A stretch of 64,000 bases of DNA, taken from the human T2T-CHM13v2.0 reference genome, Homo sapiens. Positions 28,625 to 43,190 of the stretch are shown in pieces. The notes beneath the pieces are model-generated. The model was not told the origin of the DNA and searched no databases. It saw only the letters and a program-made list of their open reading frames with translations. The first letter of the stretch is position 1. Each line of letters opens with the position of its first letter. The position numbers and the translations under genes are program-made. The stretch lies in the NCBI RefSeq assembly GCF_009914755.1, contig NC_060942.1. One strand, written 5' to 3'.

Positions 28625-28706
28625 CTAGAGCTCTCCCATCATCTCCTACAAACCCCCAAACAATAATAATATTAATAATAGTGAAATCCCAAGAATGACA
28701 TTCTGA

Positions 28707-29037
<331 letters not shown>

Positions 29038-31629
29038 GCATTTCCTTAATCTTACCTAAAGGGTGAATAAAAGGATTTTTAGAAAACTATGCTATTTGTA
29101 TTGATCTCTAGTATTCGAGCTAAGTAAAAAATATACAATACAACTCTTAAGACATTAGCATTTTCCCCCACTTCTGGCCAGACCGTCACCCCTAAGCTCC
29201 TTCAGTAAAAATTTCTGTAACTATAACTGACCAGTGGAGAGGCCAGTGGGTAACCCAAAATAGCACCTGCCAGAGTTTCTCAACCAGTGAGGTGTTTAGT
29301 GCTGCTTACTTTTTAAAAATTTGATTTGAATGAGGAGAGGACCTTGAATACTAGAGCACAGGGTGCTGGGAGGATACAGACTGCAAGAGTGCAAGGTTTG
29401 GGACATAGGGTGCTGGGGGACAAGAGGGAAGGGTTAATTTGTATGGCACACACTAGTCACTGCTACAGCAGAGGATTTGAGAAGGACCACAAGCACGCAG
29501 TACCAGGATGCAGAGTATTAGGAAATGCACTATAGCAATGGGATGTTTAAGTGTAAGACACATCAAAGAATGCTTGGACATTAGATGTGAGGTTCAAGGG
29601 AATCAGGGCATGGAGTCTGGGGAAAGCAGAATTTGAACAACCCATAGACTCATCTGGTCAGAAAATGGCACCGCAGGTTTTCTCCGTGAACTTCAATGAT
29701 CACCTGCCAAGCTTTCTTTGATCTTCATTTGACTGTTAGGATTGAAAGGTTCAGCTTGTCCCTCTCTCTCTGATCCCCTCCTCTCCTTTCTCTCCTGGAC
29801 CGGTCATTACCTCTGTGAACAAAAGGCATCTGAACAGCAGGGCAGACCCAGGCAGAGTGGGCACAGCCGTCCAACCATCCAGAAACTAGACCCATCACAG
29901 CTCATGGCACCTTACTTGTCTCTTCCTTGTAAAAATTGGGATACTATTTTCTAGCCTGATAGATGGGAGGCTGAACCAGATGTCTTCTAGCTCTAAACTC
30001 TGGAACTCTTGGAAACAAGTCAGAACTCTAGAGCCTAAGTCTTGTTACCAAAGTGAGATTCTCCCACACAGATTTCATGGTTCATCACTATCCTGGCTCC
30101 ACCACCCCCAGCAGCCGTCACACCCTGGTCGGAACAGAATCCCACCAGGCAACTACGCATGCCACACCTGCACAACTTCCCCACCGACCCCCAACCCCTG
30201 TGAGACTTCATCCCCTTCAGAAATGACTGCTTCCTTCTCCGGAATGTAATCCTTTCCTCTTTCCAAACCCTACCCAGACATTCACTCTGCCATGAAACCT
30301 TTCCACATTAACCACCCGGAAATCCAACCATCTCATTTACTCAACCATCTCAGCATTTTCACCTCCTTGCACAACTGCCTTTTAAAACCGTTTTCTTGTA
30401 TTATAAAAATAATAGTATGCTTTACACCCTTTCTGTGTGTTTGCATACATGTTAGAGTACTAAGCTTAATGTTACGCAAAAAGCAGGGTCTCAGTAAAAA
30501 TGGGCTAGAAAAATGATCTTCACAACATCTCTGTGAGGAATTAATGATAGTTAACATTTATTTTGCACTCCTGTGCTAAGCAGTTTATACGCAGTATCTC
30601 ATTTCATCAATAACCCTGTAAGGTAGGCATGATTTGTATTCCCCATTTTGCTGGGTTTTTTTTTTTTTAAGCTGAAGCATGGAAGATGCTAAAATATAGG
30701 CAATCTTACTTCAAACCCCACACTTTTGCCACTGCATTTAGACTGTCTTTCCACTTAACCATTAAGTAAACTGGGGTACGCAGGCATTAAGTGAATTACT
30801 TGAAGTCACATGGTTGGGGCTAGAAATTGTGTACTCTCCACCAGGTCTCGTGGCCTCTTTCAAGCTTTGCAATTAGATTCTCCTTTCCATGTGTGCCTGA
30901 AACAGCAAAGACTGTAATGCCAGGCAGAGCCTCTATTTCCTAGGAGGGTTGCTGTGAGGATTAGAACCAAGAAATGCTCTCAGACATGGCCTGGCAGGTG
31001 CTAGGTACTCAGCGGCAGCCTTTGACCTCTTCCCTGCTCCCCGGCTTCCTCACTTCCACACACTCCAAAGCCTTGAACGTCCTTGTTCAACTCAAACTCT
31101 GATGTTCGGAGCGAACATCAGACTCAGCTGGCTGCCCCCAGGGTGTTCATTGAGGAGGGTCCCCCTCTCAAATCATGAAGCTGCAGTGCAGAAATGAGGT
31201 CACAGGGCCCACATTGCTCATGCTTCCTGGAGCCCTACTGCTGAGTGGTACGGACTTCATCCAAGAAAAAGAAAACCACCCAGTACGGACTGGAGGAAAG
31301 CATCTGTTCCATAAAGACCCTCCCCTTCCTCTGTTCACAAGGCACCTCTCCTCTCTAGTCTCCCTGTAAACTCTGCCTGTGTACCCCAGTTGCCCTCTCC
31401 TATCTTGCCACAGTGGCATAAGGCTAAATTAATTAATGTGGGTAAACCATGTGGAAAGGCCTGGCTTGCCAAGTGCTCTAAGTTTGAAATACTATTGGAA
31501 GCAGTGGAAATTGGCACGGCTACCTAGAACAAAATTAATCTCACCCCCAGGACTCCTGAGCTTGAATTTGGTTAATGGAGGCATGCGCAGCTAGAACACG
31601 ATCTTCATTCAAAACACTGCGGGTATATT

Positions 31630-32124
31630 TCAAACTCTTATTGGGGAACAGGGAGATATTACAATTAAAAGGGAAGGAAGATGGCCAGAATGGGCATTTC
31701 CTGTGATATATGAAACCCAATGGGAATTACCCAGGAGTTGAACAAGAGAAGGGGATAACTTACAAAGTGAGGTCTGTAGGGCTATGTTGGTTTGGGTGTC
31801 TCTGGGAGACAAGAGTCTTCCTACCATGGCAGGTGTGCGTGTTCCCATCAGGAAGGGCAGCTGGAACTCTTGGGCAAAAGCTGAAGCTATTGTTCACATG
31901 CAGAATTTCTATTTTCTCAAGAAAGCTTTGGTGCTACTTTTCAGGCTTTTCAACTGATTATATCAGGCCCATCCAGATCATCGAAGGTAATCGCTCTTAA
32001 AGTCAACAGATTATGAAACTTAATACAGCTACAAAGTACCTTCCCATACCAACACCTGGATCAGTGTTTAATTGATCAACTGGGGACTGTGGCCTCACCA
32101 AGATGACACAAAAACTGCCTTCAC
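31630..32124 (+). mobile_element. MLT2-like ERVL LTR
   Basis: 3' end ccaagatgacacaaaaactgccttcaca resembles the MLT2 terminus; 5' boundary approximate. Confidence 0.55.
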
Positions 32125-32220
32125 AGCTGCTCTGCACTCCTCACCACTCAGCCCCCACCTACCTCCTCTACCATTGGACCCTTTTACTGCCTCTGTGCTT
32201 CTATGATGTCCCATCCCCTA

Positions 32221-32609
<389 letters not shown>

Positions 32610-32639
32610 AATGGAGTTTACAGTGACAGTCTTTTATCC

Positions 32640-33225
32640 ACCCATTCAGTAAATATTATTTGATTTTGGCATTTGTTACAGACCCTGCTCTAGGGAAGGC
32701 CTCATCCCAGTGACTACCTGGTAGTTCCCCAAGAATGTCAGGTAGTGGTGAGTGTTTTGGGGAAAACGGTAACTAAAAGGGTTGGAAAGTTGGGGGATGA
32801 AGGCAGGAGGTAAAAGATGATGTCAGAGAAGTGGCCAGAGGGCAGGTCATGGAGACCAGTAGGACATGGAAGGACTTTGGCTTGTGTCTGAGTGAGCTGG
32901 GAGGTCCCTGCAGAGGTTTTGAGCAGGAGAGGGACTCTGCTACATATTCAAAGGAACGCTTAGGCTGCTGTGTGGAAAATGGACTGAGGGCAGGCACAGG
33001 AGGATGCAGAGAGACTGGTCTGCAGCCTATTCACCTAATCCAGGAGAGGGATGGTGGTGCCTTAGACTCAGTCACTTAGCAGTAAAGATGATGAAAAAAG
33101 TACATTCCAGATATAATTTAGAGGTGGCATTAATAGGAATTGCTGGTGCATTGAGGTGTGGTGTGTGAAAGAGGCCTGAGCCACCAGGTAAGTGACAGTC
33201 CCTTGTACTGAGACTGGGGAGCCTC
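32640..33225 (-). mobile_element. L2 LINE fragment
   Basis: ggaaggactttggcttgtgtctgagtgag...gagggttttgagcagg-like blocks. Confidence 0.7.
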
Positions 33226-33689
33226 ATGGGAGGATGGGTTGTGGGGAGGTGCAGGCCAGTCATACACACCCAATCAGAGGTTCCCAATACATTTTGCGTT
33301 TTACTGAATGGGACTTTCTACAAATGGGCAACCCACACATTCACACAACAGTTACAGCTCACACGTACTGTACTGTAGAGACCCGAGGCCCAATACCTCC
33401 TCAAGGGCCTTCTAGTCAAAATGGAGCCAGCCAGCCCCGACTGTTAGCGTGTCTGTGCCCACGTAGGTTATCTCTGTCTCATTTTACCCATCAGAATAGA
33501 TTACCGAGAAGCTCCAGTTCCCTGTTTGAAATGATCTCTCTGTAGAAACAAAAAGACATTCAAGACCCGAGGGCTTCAAAGCAGTGGAGAAGGGGAGGGA
33601 GAAATGACACGGCACTGCAGCTTGGGTCTGCTCAGGAGAGTGGCCCCAGCATTTCTCCTACAAATTTCTTAGGTGGGCTACATGGACGG

Positions 33690-33920
33690 CGCTGCATTAT
33701 GACTGGCGAGGGTCCTAGACGCTTTCCTTTTTAAGTCCCTTCCTCCATAAAAATAAAAAAAATTATATTTTATGACTGTGTTGGTATTGAGATAAATATA
33801 ATGCAAGCAAGATAGTATGCATTTTTTTCTCCTGATTTTAAAAAGGCATTTTTATGGGCCCCTAAAAATATCTTGGGCTATAGGCATTGTGCCTCCTGTA
33901 CCCAGTGGATAAGTTGGCTT
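33690..33920. mobile_element. MER53/MER96-like hAT element
   Basis: gggccc...taggcattgtgcctcctgtacccagtggataagttggc terminus. Confidence 0.5.
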
Positions 33921-34935
33921 TCTGTCTAGGAAGGAAAAGAGGTGGGTCTGCATTGGCGGTGGGCATCAGGGACCTGGACTCTTGTCCTGACTTTCTAACA
34001 ATTCGCTCTGAGACCTCCAATCAGTCCCTCCACCACTCAAGGCTCCTCTTTCCTTATCTTTCTAAGGAGCATCTTTCAGCTGCCTTCAGGCAATAATTCC
34101 TCAATATTCTAACTAAAGCACGCAGACCGCTTGCTTCATTTTTAACTTTCTTACCCCAAGGGAAGGCTCTTCCTCCCAAGTATAATATTAAACTCGTGTT
34201 CTCTTTCTGAATCTTCTTCTCTCATCAAATCATGTGCCGGTATATGCAGCCACTGGTTTCCAAAAAGAGGCCATAAAACCATGATGAGTATGAAGATACC
34301 AATGTGAAAATGACAGAGAGAAAGTCATAAACATTCAAATAAATATATAAATATAAACAAGTCTATAAACCAAACCCTGGAGGCATTTTAAACACATAAT
34401 GTAGCGTTTATATCTCTTACTTTGCACAGCAGAACTTTCAAAGGAATTTCATTTAATTCTATTGCTCACACCCCTAACCCCCATCCAGGAGTAATCGCTA
34501 ATAACCAGCACAATTACTGCCTCCCTCTTGATCAAGGGTTCATTTCAGAAGCTGATTCTTGAATTCATTATCCTGCTGGCAATGAGTTGAATCACAGCGG
34601 ATGTGGCCATATGACAATCCCCCTTGCTCTTCTTCCAGTTAGGTTCAGCGAGATGCCTGACAGTCCTGGCCGCGACCTGCTCTGACTCTTGCAAAAGTAG
34701 TTACCTTTCTGTTACCTGGCCCAATTTAAAGAAGTCAGTCAGGACTTAGGAAGTGAGCAGACAATTCTGTTTTGTGATGGGCTTGTGAATGGAGGGACAC
34801 CCTACCATGGAACATGATTGTGTCTGTCTCTCTCCAGAGTGCAGGGAGCATGACCCAGCCACTCTGCACCTCCGGCAGGGACACGGGTAAAGAGGACACT
34901 GAGCAGTGTCTGAGCAACAGGCACTGTTCCGAGCC

Positions 34936-35274
34936 TGTATTAGTCTGTTCTCACACTACTGATAAAGATATACCTGAGACTGGGCAATTTACAAAAGAAA
35001 GAGGTTTAATGGACTTACAGTTCCATGTGGCTGGGGAAGTCTCACAATCATGGCAGAAGACGAGGAGCAAGACACATCTTACATGGATGTCAGCAGGCAA
35101 AGAGAGAGCTCATGCAGGGAAACTCCCCCTTATAAACCATCAGATCTCGTGAGACTTATTCACTATCACAAGAACAGCATGGGAAAGACTTGCCCCCATG
35201 AGTCACCAGGTCCCTCCCACAACACATGGGAATTCAGGATGAGATTTGGGTGGGGACACAGACAAACAATATCA
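34936..35274 (-). mobile_element. Solo THE1 (THE1B-like) LTR
   Basis: tgtattagtctgttctcac...acaatatca is the reverse complement of a THE1 LTR; flanks gagcc/gatcc form an imperfect TSD. Confidence 0.9.
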
Positions 35275-35329
35275 GATCCCTTCTCAGGTACTTGCTCATC
35301 TGATCCCCACAACAGCCCATGAGGTAGAT

Positions 35330-36178
35330 ATAGACCCAGCTACAGGATTTATGGGTGCAAAATGAAAATGTAGGGCGCTTGTTAAAAAAGCAGAGAAAAT
35401 AAGAGGCAGTTAAAGATACTAAAATATAAAACTTGTTTCTTTCTTCCACGAGTGCTCTTTTTCTCTCTCCCTCCCTCTCATGGTGTTTTTATTTGCTACT
35501 TATTGTCATACTGCTTGGGACACAAAAATACTTGCTAGATGAGTGAAGACCATCACGGGAACCCAGGGGTTCCATCCTGCAATTCAGTGTACTCCCAAAT
35601 GGCCCACTGGCCACCAGGTCCCCCCAACACACACACCAGCCATCAGACTGACCTGCTGTACCCAACCAGGAGTGGAGAAATTGAGTCAGGCATCCCTTCT
35701 TCTCACAGGCCCTCCACCTCAACCACAACACACAGTGAACAGGCAGCCTCAGGGTATGGTAATCTTGATGCCAGGATACACTTGGCACCAGGATTGGGCT
35801 AAGATGCTGCAGGGTACATGCACTCAACTCTGACCCTCACCTGTGCACACCTCTGCACAGAGAGCAGCAGCAGTCACTGGGTAGGGGGCAATGAGGAAGA
35901 GGCTGGGCAGGTCCTTGGGCTCCAAGAGGTGGGGAATAGGCACTCAAGAACCATGAACCAAGGGAGGCAGCAGGAGGTAGGACTGAGTGTGAGCAGAAGA
36001 TCTAGTGGCTCGTGCTCCATTGTCCCACTGGACTTCCCTTACAAAACGCAAATTCAAGCTTTTAAATAATTGAAAATATTTGAATTATTGTGAATTTCAA
36101 GATGGTGACTGTAGAGCCCTGTTTATACAGGGCCATATGCAAATTGCACTTGTTGCAGGTCCATGAAGCCAACCCTGA
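35330..36178. mobile_element. MER45-like hAT-Tip100 element (both ends visible)
   Basis: cagctacaggatttatgggtgcaaaatgaaaatgtagggc and gttgcaggtccatgaagccaaccctg. Confidence 0.5.
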
Positions 36179-39100
36179 GTCAATTTTATGACCATCCTCA
36201 TTTGAGGGAACTCATGCTCTGTATTCTGCCCAGGGTCATAATGCAGTGAAGTAGGATAGGATGGGAGGGGGGACCAAGACTCAAACTCAGTCATCTGCCT
36301 CCAGAGCCTCATCTTTACCACTTCCCTAGGCTGTCCCTTATTCCACCAAACCTGACTGCCTCCCCTCAGGATGATCAGTGCTGCACCACATGGTATGGTG
36401 GAAAAACAAAAGAGAATGCACGGCCCAACCTACAGCTTCATTCTAACTGGCTACCAACTGGCTTCATGACCTTGGCAAGTCACTTTACTTTTCTGAGCTT
36501 TATCCTAACTTACCACATGGAGGTGCTGCAGAGAAAAACCCATGGGGTCATAAAGGTACAATTCTAACAAAGCCTTTAGTGTCTAGTGGGAGAACCTTAC
36601 TAAGCAGATCCCAGATCTCTCTGTCATCTCCTCCTTTCCTAGTCATTTCCCCACCCCTCTGGGCAACTGACTGAATGTCCAAGAGGACAGTGTGCATGCT
36701 CTACCATCGAATTGTTCTATGGCCACATAGTAAGAAAGGGACAAGGTTGGATCCATTCACCACTCAGAGCTATAATATTTTCTGGGTCTGTGTACAACTA
36801 CTTTGACTTTGTCATCTTAATTCCAATGGGGTTTTTCTTTCCCCTCTATCTTTTCAGTCCAACTGGCTAGTGCTCTCCATTCATGACCCAGAAGGAATCT
36901 CCCAGCTGAGCCTAACCAATGTTTTCTAAATGAACATCATTGAGGAAAATTCTGACAATGCTTTTTTCTGAAATCAATTGATCAGACTGGCCCATTAATA
37001 AGCATTGACTTGAAGGGACTCCAAGTCTGTAGCATGATGAAGCAACACCATGGTGATCCTCAATCTTTAAGTCTTTTCAGCTGAACTATGGTGACTTACA
37101 CTTCCTTGGACAAGATTGCAAGCATTTTCTTTGGTCTTATCCAGGAAGCATCTGCTTAGGCAGGACTGGCTGAAAGATGTGAATGGTCAGAGCCTTTGGC
37201 ATTGGCCATTCTGTCGGGTGAGGGCATGTACGGTTGTGCATGATGCCCAGGGGTCTCCTTCTTTCTGGGATCCAAGTCCCACTCTAGGAGTACTCATTCA
37301 CTTCCCAGATTAAGCCAAAAATATGCAAACTCCACCAGACCTTCAGTTCTAAACCTCAGTCAAAGAAGCTTATTTCATAAAATATCAAAAGGCCATGGAT
37401 GAGCCATACAATGGTAAATAGATATGAATATTAAAGGAGATAGTGTGTGTGAAGTGCCCAGCACAGTGTCTAATACACAATAGGTATTCAACTAATGTCA
37501 GTCCTTAATGAAAATGTCATCTCTCTTGGAGAGGGTTAGTGAGCAGAGTGATTTGTCACTCATTCCTTATGGAGATTGGATATCTGCCCTGGAGAGGGAT
37601 AGAATGAGGGCACTGGATACCCTAATGAAGGTGGAAGAAGATCTAAAAAGGAATTTGAAGCAGGGCAAGGAGGCAGGAGCAAAGATTACAGAAAACTGAA
37701 AAGCCACTTCACCTACTGTGTGGCTTTTCCATGGATGAGCTCTGGCCTCACCCCAAGGGTGGAGTTAGCATAGGGGTCTTTGGTGTGATGTGAAAAACAC
37801 TTTCACCCCCATACTCACTTCAGCTGCTCTACCCTCTGCAGAGACTTGAAACATGACTGTGATGGGGCAAAGAAGTTGGTCTTTCCTTGAAAAACTCAGA
37901 CCCTTGCAAGAGATCAGAAGATACAAAATTTCACTCAGGCTCTTTCAAAGAATTCTCCTCTTTTTGTATCTTAAGGCCAAAAGCCTTCTGCTTCCTTGTG
38001 GTAAAATGCAGACACTTGTGTGCTTTCTTCAAAGCAAACACTCCCCGCTGATGGATTCAAACATTTTGACTGAACTCATTCAAATTCCCATCAGTTTAGC
38101 CAATTGATGTCATCTCAAATATCTGTCAGCACAACCAGCCAAGTCGATTAGACACCTGGTCTTTTTAGTTAGCTAACTTGTTATTTCCAAAAACAAAAAT
38201 AAAAAATCAAGATAAAAATAACCCATCAATTTAGTTAGCAACTGACTGATAGATTCTATCAAAAAAGTACATTTTGTCAAACAATTTTGCTTTTTTTTCA
38301 CCGAATCTACTGAATCAATCAGTTGTTGGGATAGAGTGGTATTGAGCAGATGTGTCAGCTTGCTGAACAAGCAGGGAGGGGAACATCACAAATGAATCAT
38401 CACAAAGATTCCATCAGAATGACCACTGCTCAATCATTCACAACAGTGAGAAATGGAATCCTGGTAAGTGTACAACAGGTGATCCCCAATCACAGCAATT
38501 TTGTGCTTTGAAGAGCATTTTTCTATTCTTTCTAGAAATTTGCTCTTCCTGTCTCTTGTTGGTCCATAATTGATAAGAACATGCGTGTGGTTTCCCAGAG
38601 AGTGGTCTGATCTTTGTCCTAGATTAACCATTGACAATCAACAAGCAGATGACAGAGTCACTGAAAACTGAGAGTTCACTGTATTTATTGGGGTCTCTTG
38701 AATAGTGTATTACATTGAATTAATTCTGAAAGGTGTGAGTCCTACCCAAGACCAGAGAGTTATGATAAATTCAGTGGTTGATGTAGTCTCTAGGGTTACA
38801 ATCAGGGTATTTCTTCGTCAAAACTGAAACCATTATAACTAGCCTTTTCTATTCTCCTCCCTCTGCCTTTACTCTTTTTCAACCCTCGGCTCTCATCCCC
38901 TCTCATACAGCCCCTCCCAGGATGCCCAGAATCCTAACAGTGTGCCAGAGCTCTCCCAGTGGAGGAATCATCTAATAGACTAAGTCACCCTAAAGAGTCA
39001 TTGACTTGATGTGCTAATTCTTACCAGGGGTGCTTGTTTTTCAAAAGAAGATACCTGAAGTGGTCTGTGCTTACCCCAAAGGAGTGAGTCACTAATGGCA

Positions 39101-41544
39101 TAATTTCAGATGCCAGGTAACTGGAGAGGGTCTAAGAGTCAGAAGACATGCTTTTAACAAAACTATGTATTTGAAGAACAGTCTTACTTAGAGAACCAGA
39201 ACATATTTACTTTCAAATGTCTTCATACATAATTAAGTGGCTCACTTTCGTTGGATTCAAATTTTCCATTGGTCAGATTTTCTCCTGGTCACAGACACTT
39301 CTGCAACAGGAATAAGCTGATTATTTATTACTAGTCACTCACACCTATAATTCACTTTTCCAATTTTTCTCTGTTGCCTATGTAGTGCCATTTTGTCAAT
39401 CCCCGTGGTTTATTGACTGAGTTTTGATGGCTGGGGTAAACAAATTACTTCAAGAATGAATATGATGCAAAAAAGTCATTTCTCACTGCGTTCTAAATGA
39501 TGAAATTGGTGTGAGATCCAATTAATCCTAATGTCAGGAAGCCATTCACCATCATGTGGAGGCATGTTACCATAGCCTCCTATCAGCAGCATAACTTTGT
39601 ATGGTACATAATATTTACCATTTTAAAATTCTAAGTAAATATCTGACAATATCCAGATCAAATGATTTTGCAGTTAAAATACTCCAAATCATGCAGTCTA
39701 CTCCTTTAAAACCCATTGAAAATATAGCGCAGAGAAACAACCCTGCTTTATAAATGCATCAGGAACATCAGTAACAAACGGGTCCACATTCTTATGTTAT
39801 ATCAGAGGATACGTATGGGGTCTAGTGAAACTCTGCACAGTCAGAACCAAGCATGTGCCTACTTCAGTGGTCTCCAAATTTCTTTACTGTGCAATTCCAT
39901 TAGAAAAATATTTTTGGGCAGTCACCCCCAATATGTTTCTTTAAATATAAATTACATATGTGTACATACATCAGCTAATATGTCAAGGCACAATGCACAC
40001 TTAGGTGAGGGTCATCTTTAATGTCAATGAATGTAAATCCTTGTTTAAAGTAGACTTCACAGTTTTGGCATTTTGGAGGGCCTAATCTCATCGTGGCTGA
40101 TTAGATTATCATTGCCTTTACTTTTACAGTGTAGGTGGTGATGAGCTCACAATCAGAACAAAGGAACCAATAGCCCTACCATTTTTGTATAAATTATTTG
40201 GGCTTCTATTAGTCTTCTTTGCAAGACTCTGATTAATATGAGTGTCAATTTTGTGTACATCCTTCTGCACAATGAGGCTTCCACTCTTCCCCGCAGTGAT
40301 CATCATCATAATACAATATTGATAACCAATAGGAAGCACTAATCAAGGCAGTCTGGCTCCAGGGCCTGCATGAGCAACCACCAGCATCTTAACTTTGCAA
40401 TGCTGATCTTCACGCACGGTAGACAAGGACCACATGTGACAGGTAACAACTTGAAAGACAATCCTAGCCAGGCTAGTAAAGCTTGATTTCCTTCTTAACC
40501 TCTGAATAAAAATATACATAAAAGTTCTAATATTTTCTACCCATGCACTGATGGACTGTCTCATGTACCCCTCAGGGCAAACTCCCCACTTTGGGGACCA
40601 CTGGTTTTAGTTCACCTTAAAATATAACCCCCTCTGGAGAAGAGGGTGAAGATGCCCACTGACACAAATCAGACTTTATGTTCTGCCAGGACTTTTGACC
40701 TCCCGGGGGCACGAAGAAGCATTAAAGAGTCTTAAATGAGAGGTGATGGGATTCAATGATTAGATCATTATTCTGATTGCGGTAAGAAGAATGGACTGTG
40801 GAGGATGCACAGATAACAGGAGAAATAATAATGGTCTGAGTTAAGGTTGCAGCCTTGAAACTGGAGAGAAGTGGGCAGAATCACAAAATATTAAAGATTT
40901 GGTTATTAATTAAACTTGACCAAGGTTAAACAGCTGGTAGGCAGCAGAGCTAAATTTAGATCCCAGGTCTCCTCACTCCCAATGCAATGATTTTTCTTCT
41001 GATTTGCCATGTCAGAGAACACCTGGTCCCTCCATTTTATCCTCTCCCAGAAAGATAGGTTATCAGGAGCCTAGCATGGAACAGCAGCCTGCAGTCTCCA
41101 GAAGGGTAATGAAGGAAGGCTACAGGAGAGGAAATGCACTGCCTTTTCCAGATACATTTATCTTTGCAGGATCCATGAGACCACTACATGAAAATCTGTT
41201 TTCGGGGTATTGAGTTCCATATTGAAACAACACATTTCCCACTGACAACAAACAGAAACTCCAAGTAACTATTCAAGTCCAGACTTTAATAAAAACCATA
41301 ACCCATCCAGCTGGAGGGGGGGAGGTGATGAGGAAGTATCAAGTTGGGGGAAGGAGAAACAGCCCCTTTTAATCACTCCCACCAGGGAACCCTCATCTCT
41401 CCTGGGCTATTTGAAATCCTTACTCCTTTATGCTAAAAAGTTACCTCCTCCAAAAATTCCTTTCTAATTATTCCATCCCTCCCCTCCTCTCCCCTGCCCC
41501 AATCTCATGTAACACTATCTGGTTCCTTTCTTATGGCATCCATC

Positions 41545-42115
41545 AGTGAGAGTTCAGCATAGGAAACAGAAATCACTACAGGTATTTTAAGCAGAAAAAG
41601 ATTTAATAGAGAGATATAAGGGCTTACAAAATTTGGGGCAGGGCTGCAGGAGGGAGCTCTAGAGGTGGGTCGGAAATTACTCCTGGAACTCCGCAAAACT
41701 GATCTACCATAAGAGCCACTACCTCCAAGGCCACCACTGAAACTATTGCATTCAAGAACCCACCACTGTATTCTAGGAATCAGTCAGCCACAATCACGAT
41801 GCCACTGTAGTTACTGCTTCTCAAACCCCGTAAAGCTGGTGGCTGAGCACTGAATGGCAAGAAAACATCATATGCCCATGACCTTACTTTCATCAGAAAA
41901 TAGCCAAAAAGAGCAGGAAAAAATCTTTTGTTTCACTCTCACCTTCTAAATTTTACCTAAATGCCTATAACTGACAAAGTCTAATTAAAAAAAAAAAAAA
42001 AAAAAAACACTGGCTGCAAGGAATGCTAAGAAATCTAATTTTTAGTTATCTAGCCTCTTGGGTATAGTAAGGTACACTAGGAGGAGGACTGAGCAAGCCA
42101 GGCTCAGGTTCCACC
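41545..42115 (-). mobile_element. Old ERVL-type LTR (LTR33-like)
   Basis: ggaaacagaaatcact...aggtattttaagcagaaaaagatttaata pattern; subfamily uncertain. Confidence 0.4.
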
Positions 42116-42824
42116 ACAGGAATTTTCCACATAATACATCCTACGTTGTTTTTATGTGTCTGATCATCCCTCAGTTCCTGGAGGGCAGGAATCATGTATT
42201 TCCCATCCTCAAGGCTACAGACATTGCAAATGAGAGGTTCTTGCTAAGGATAGACAAATAATTAAATGATGGAACACTTCGACTGTTTTAATATTTTCTT
42301 ACTTTGCTTTCTGATTTTTTTTTTCATGCATTTAAATGTTGTCTCTGCATTCAATCTCGCTGAAGGCAATGTTGGTTAAGTACTTCTTGGGTATGTCCCC
42401 GAGGGGTAGCCAGAGGGTTTGGTATGTAATTCTTCAATTAGTGGGTTGTGTCTTCAAAACCAATCCCCAGTCAGGGTTTTTTCCCCTAGAGATATTTATG
42501 CCCCATAAGACTCAACCAATAGGAAACTAACTTCCTGCAAAATTGTGAAACCAACAGATCTTTCTTACATGGTCTGTCATCCCATTTTGTCAGCAGACTA
42601 CCTCCAAATTTATAGGCAAGTGCTCTCTACATGATTCTACATGATTGCTAGGAAGGATTAAATAAGATAACATAGGTACCAGTACCTACCATATAGTCGG
42701 TACTCAGCAAATATTAGTTACTTCCTTTCACCAAGAACCTTTTCCTCCATAAAAAGTATACCTTTTTTGGGTTCCTGCTAGGAGACCACCTTATCTGATC
42801 CTTAAAGAGCTATTAATGGCTAAT

Positions 42825-43190
42825 GTATTCGTTATCTATCAAGGTGTGACAAATTGCCCCAGGTGTGACAAATTGCCCAAACTTAGCAACATAAAATGAT
42901 AAACACTTATTATCTTCTTAATGTCTCTGGACAGGAATCCAGGAGGAGCACAACTGGGTTTTTCTGGCTGAGGCTCTCTAATGAGACTGCAGTCAAGATG
43001 TCAGTCAGGGCTGCTGTCACCTGAAGGCTTGACTGGGGCTGGAAGATCCACTCTCAAAGTTGCTCACTTACATGACTGGCAAGTTGATGACAAGAGCTCT
43101 CAGTTCCCCTGTAAGGAACTCCATAAGGTTGCTTGTGTGTTGTCATAACATGGCAGTAGTTTCCCCCAGAGCAAGTGACACAAGAGTGCC
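42825..43190 (-). mobile_element. MLT1 MaLR LTR
   Basis: gcagtcaagatgtcagtcagggctgctgtcacctgaaggcttgactggggctggaagatcca. Confidence 0.75.
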
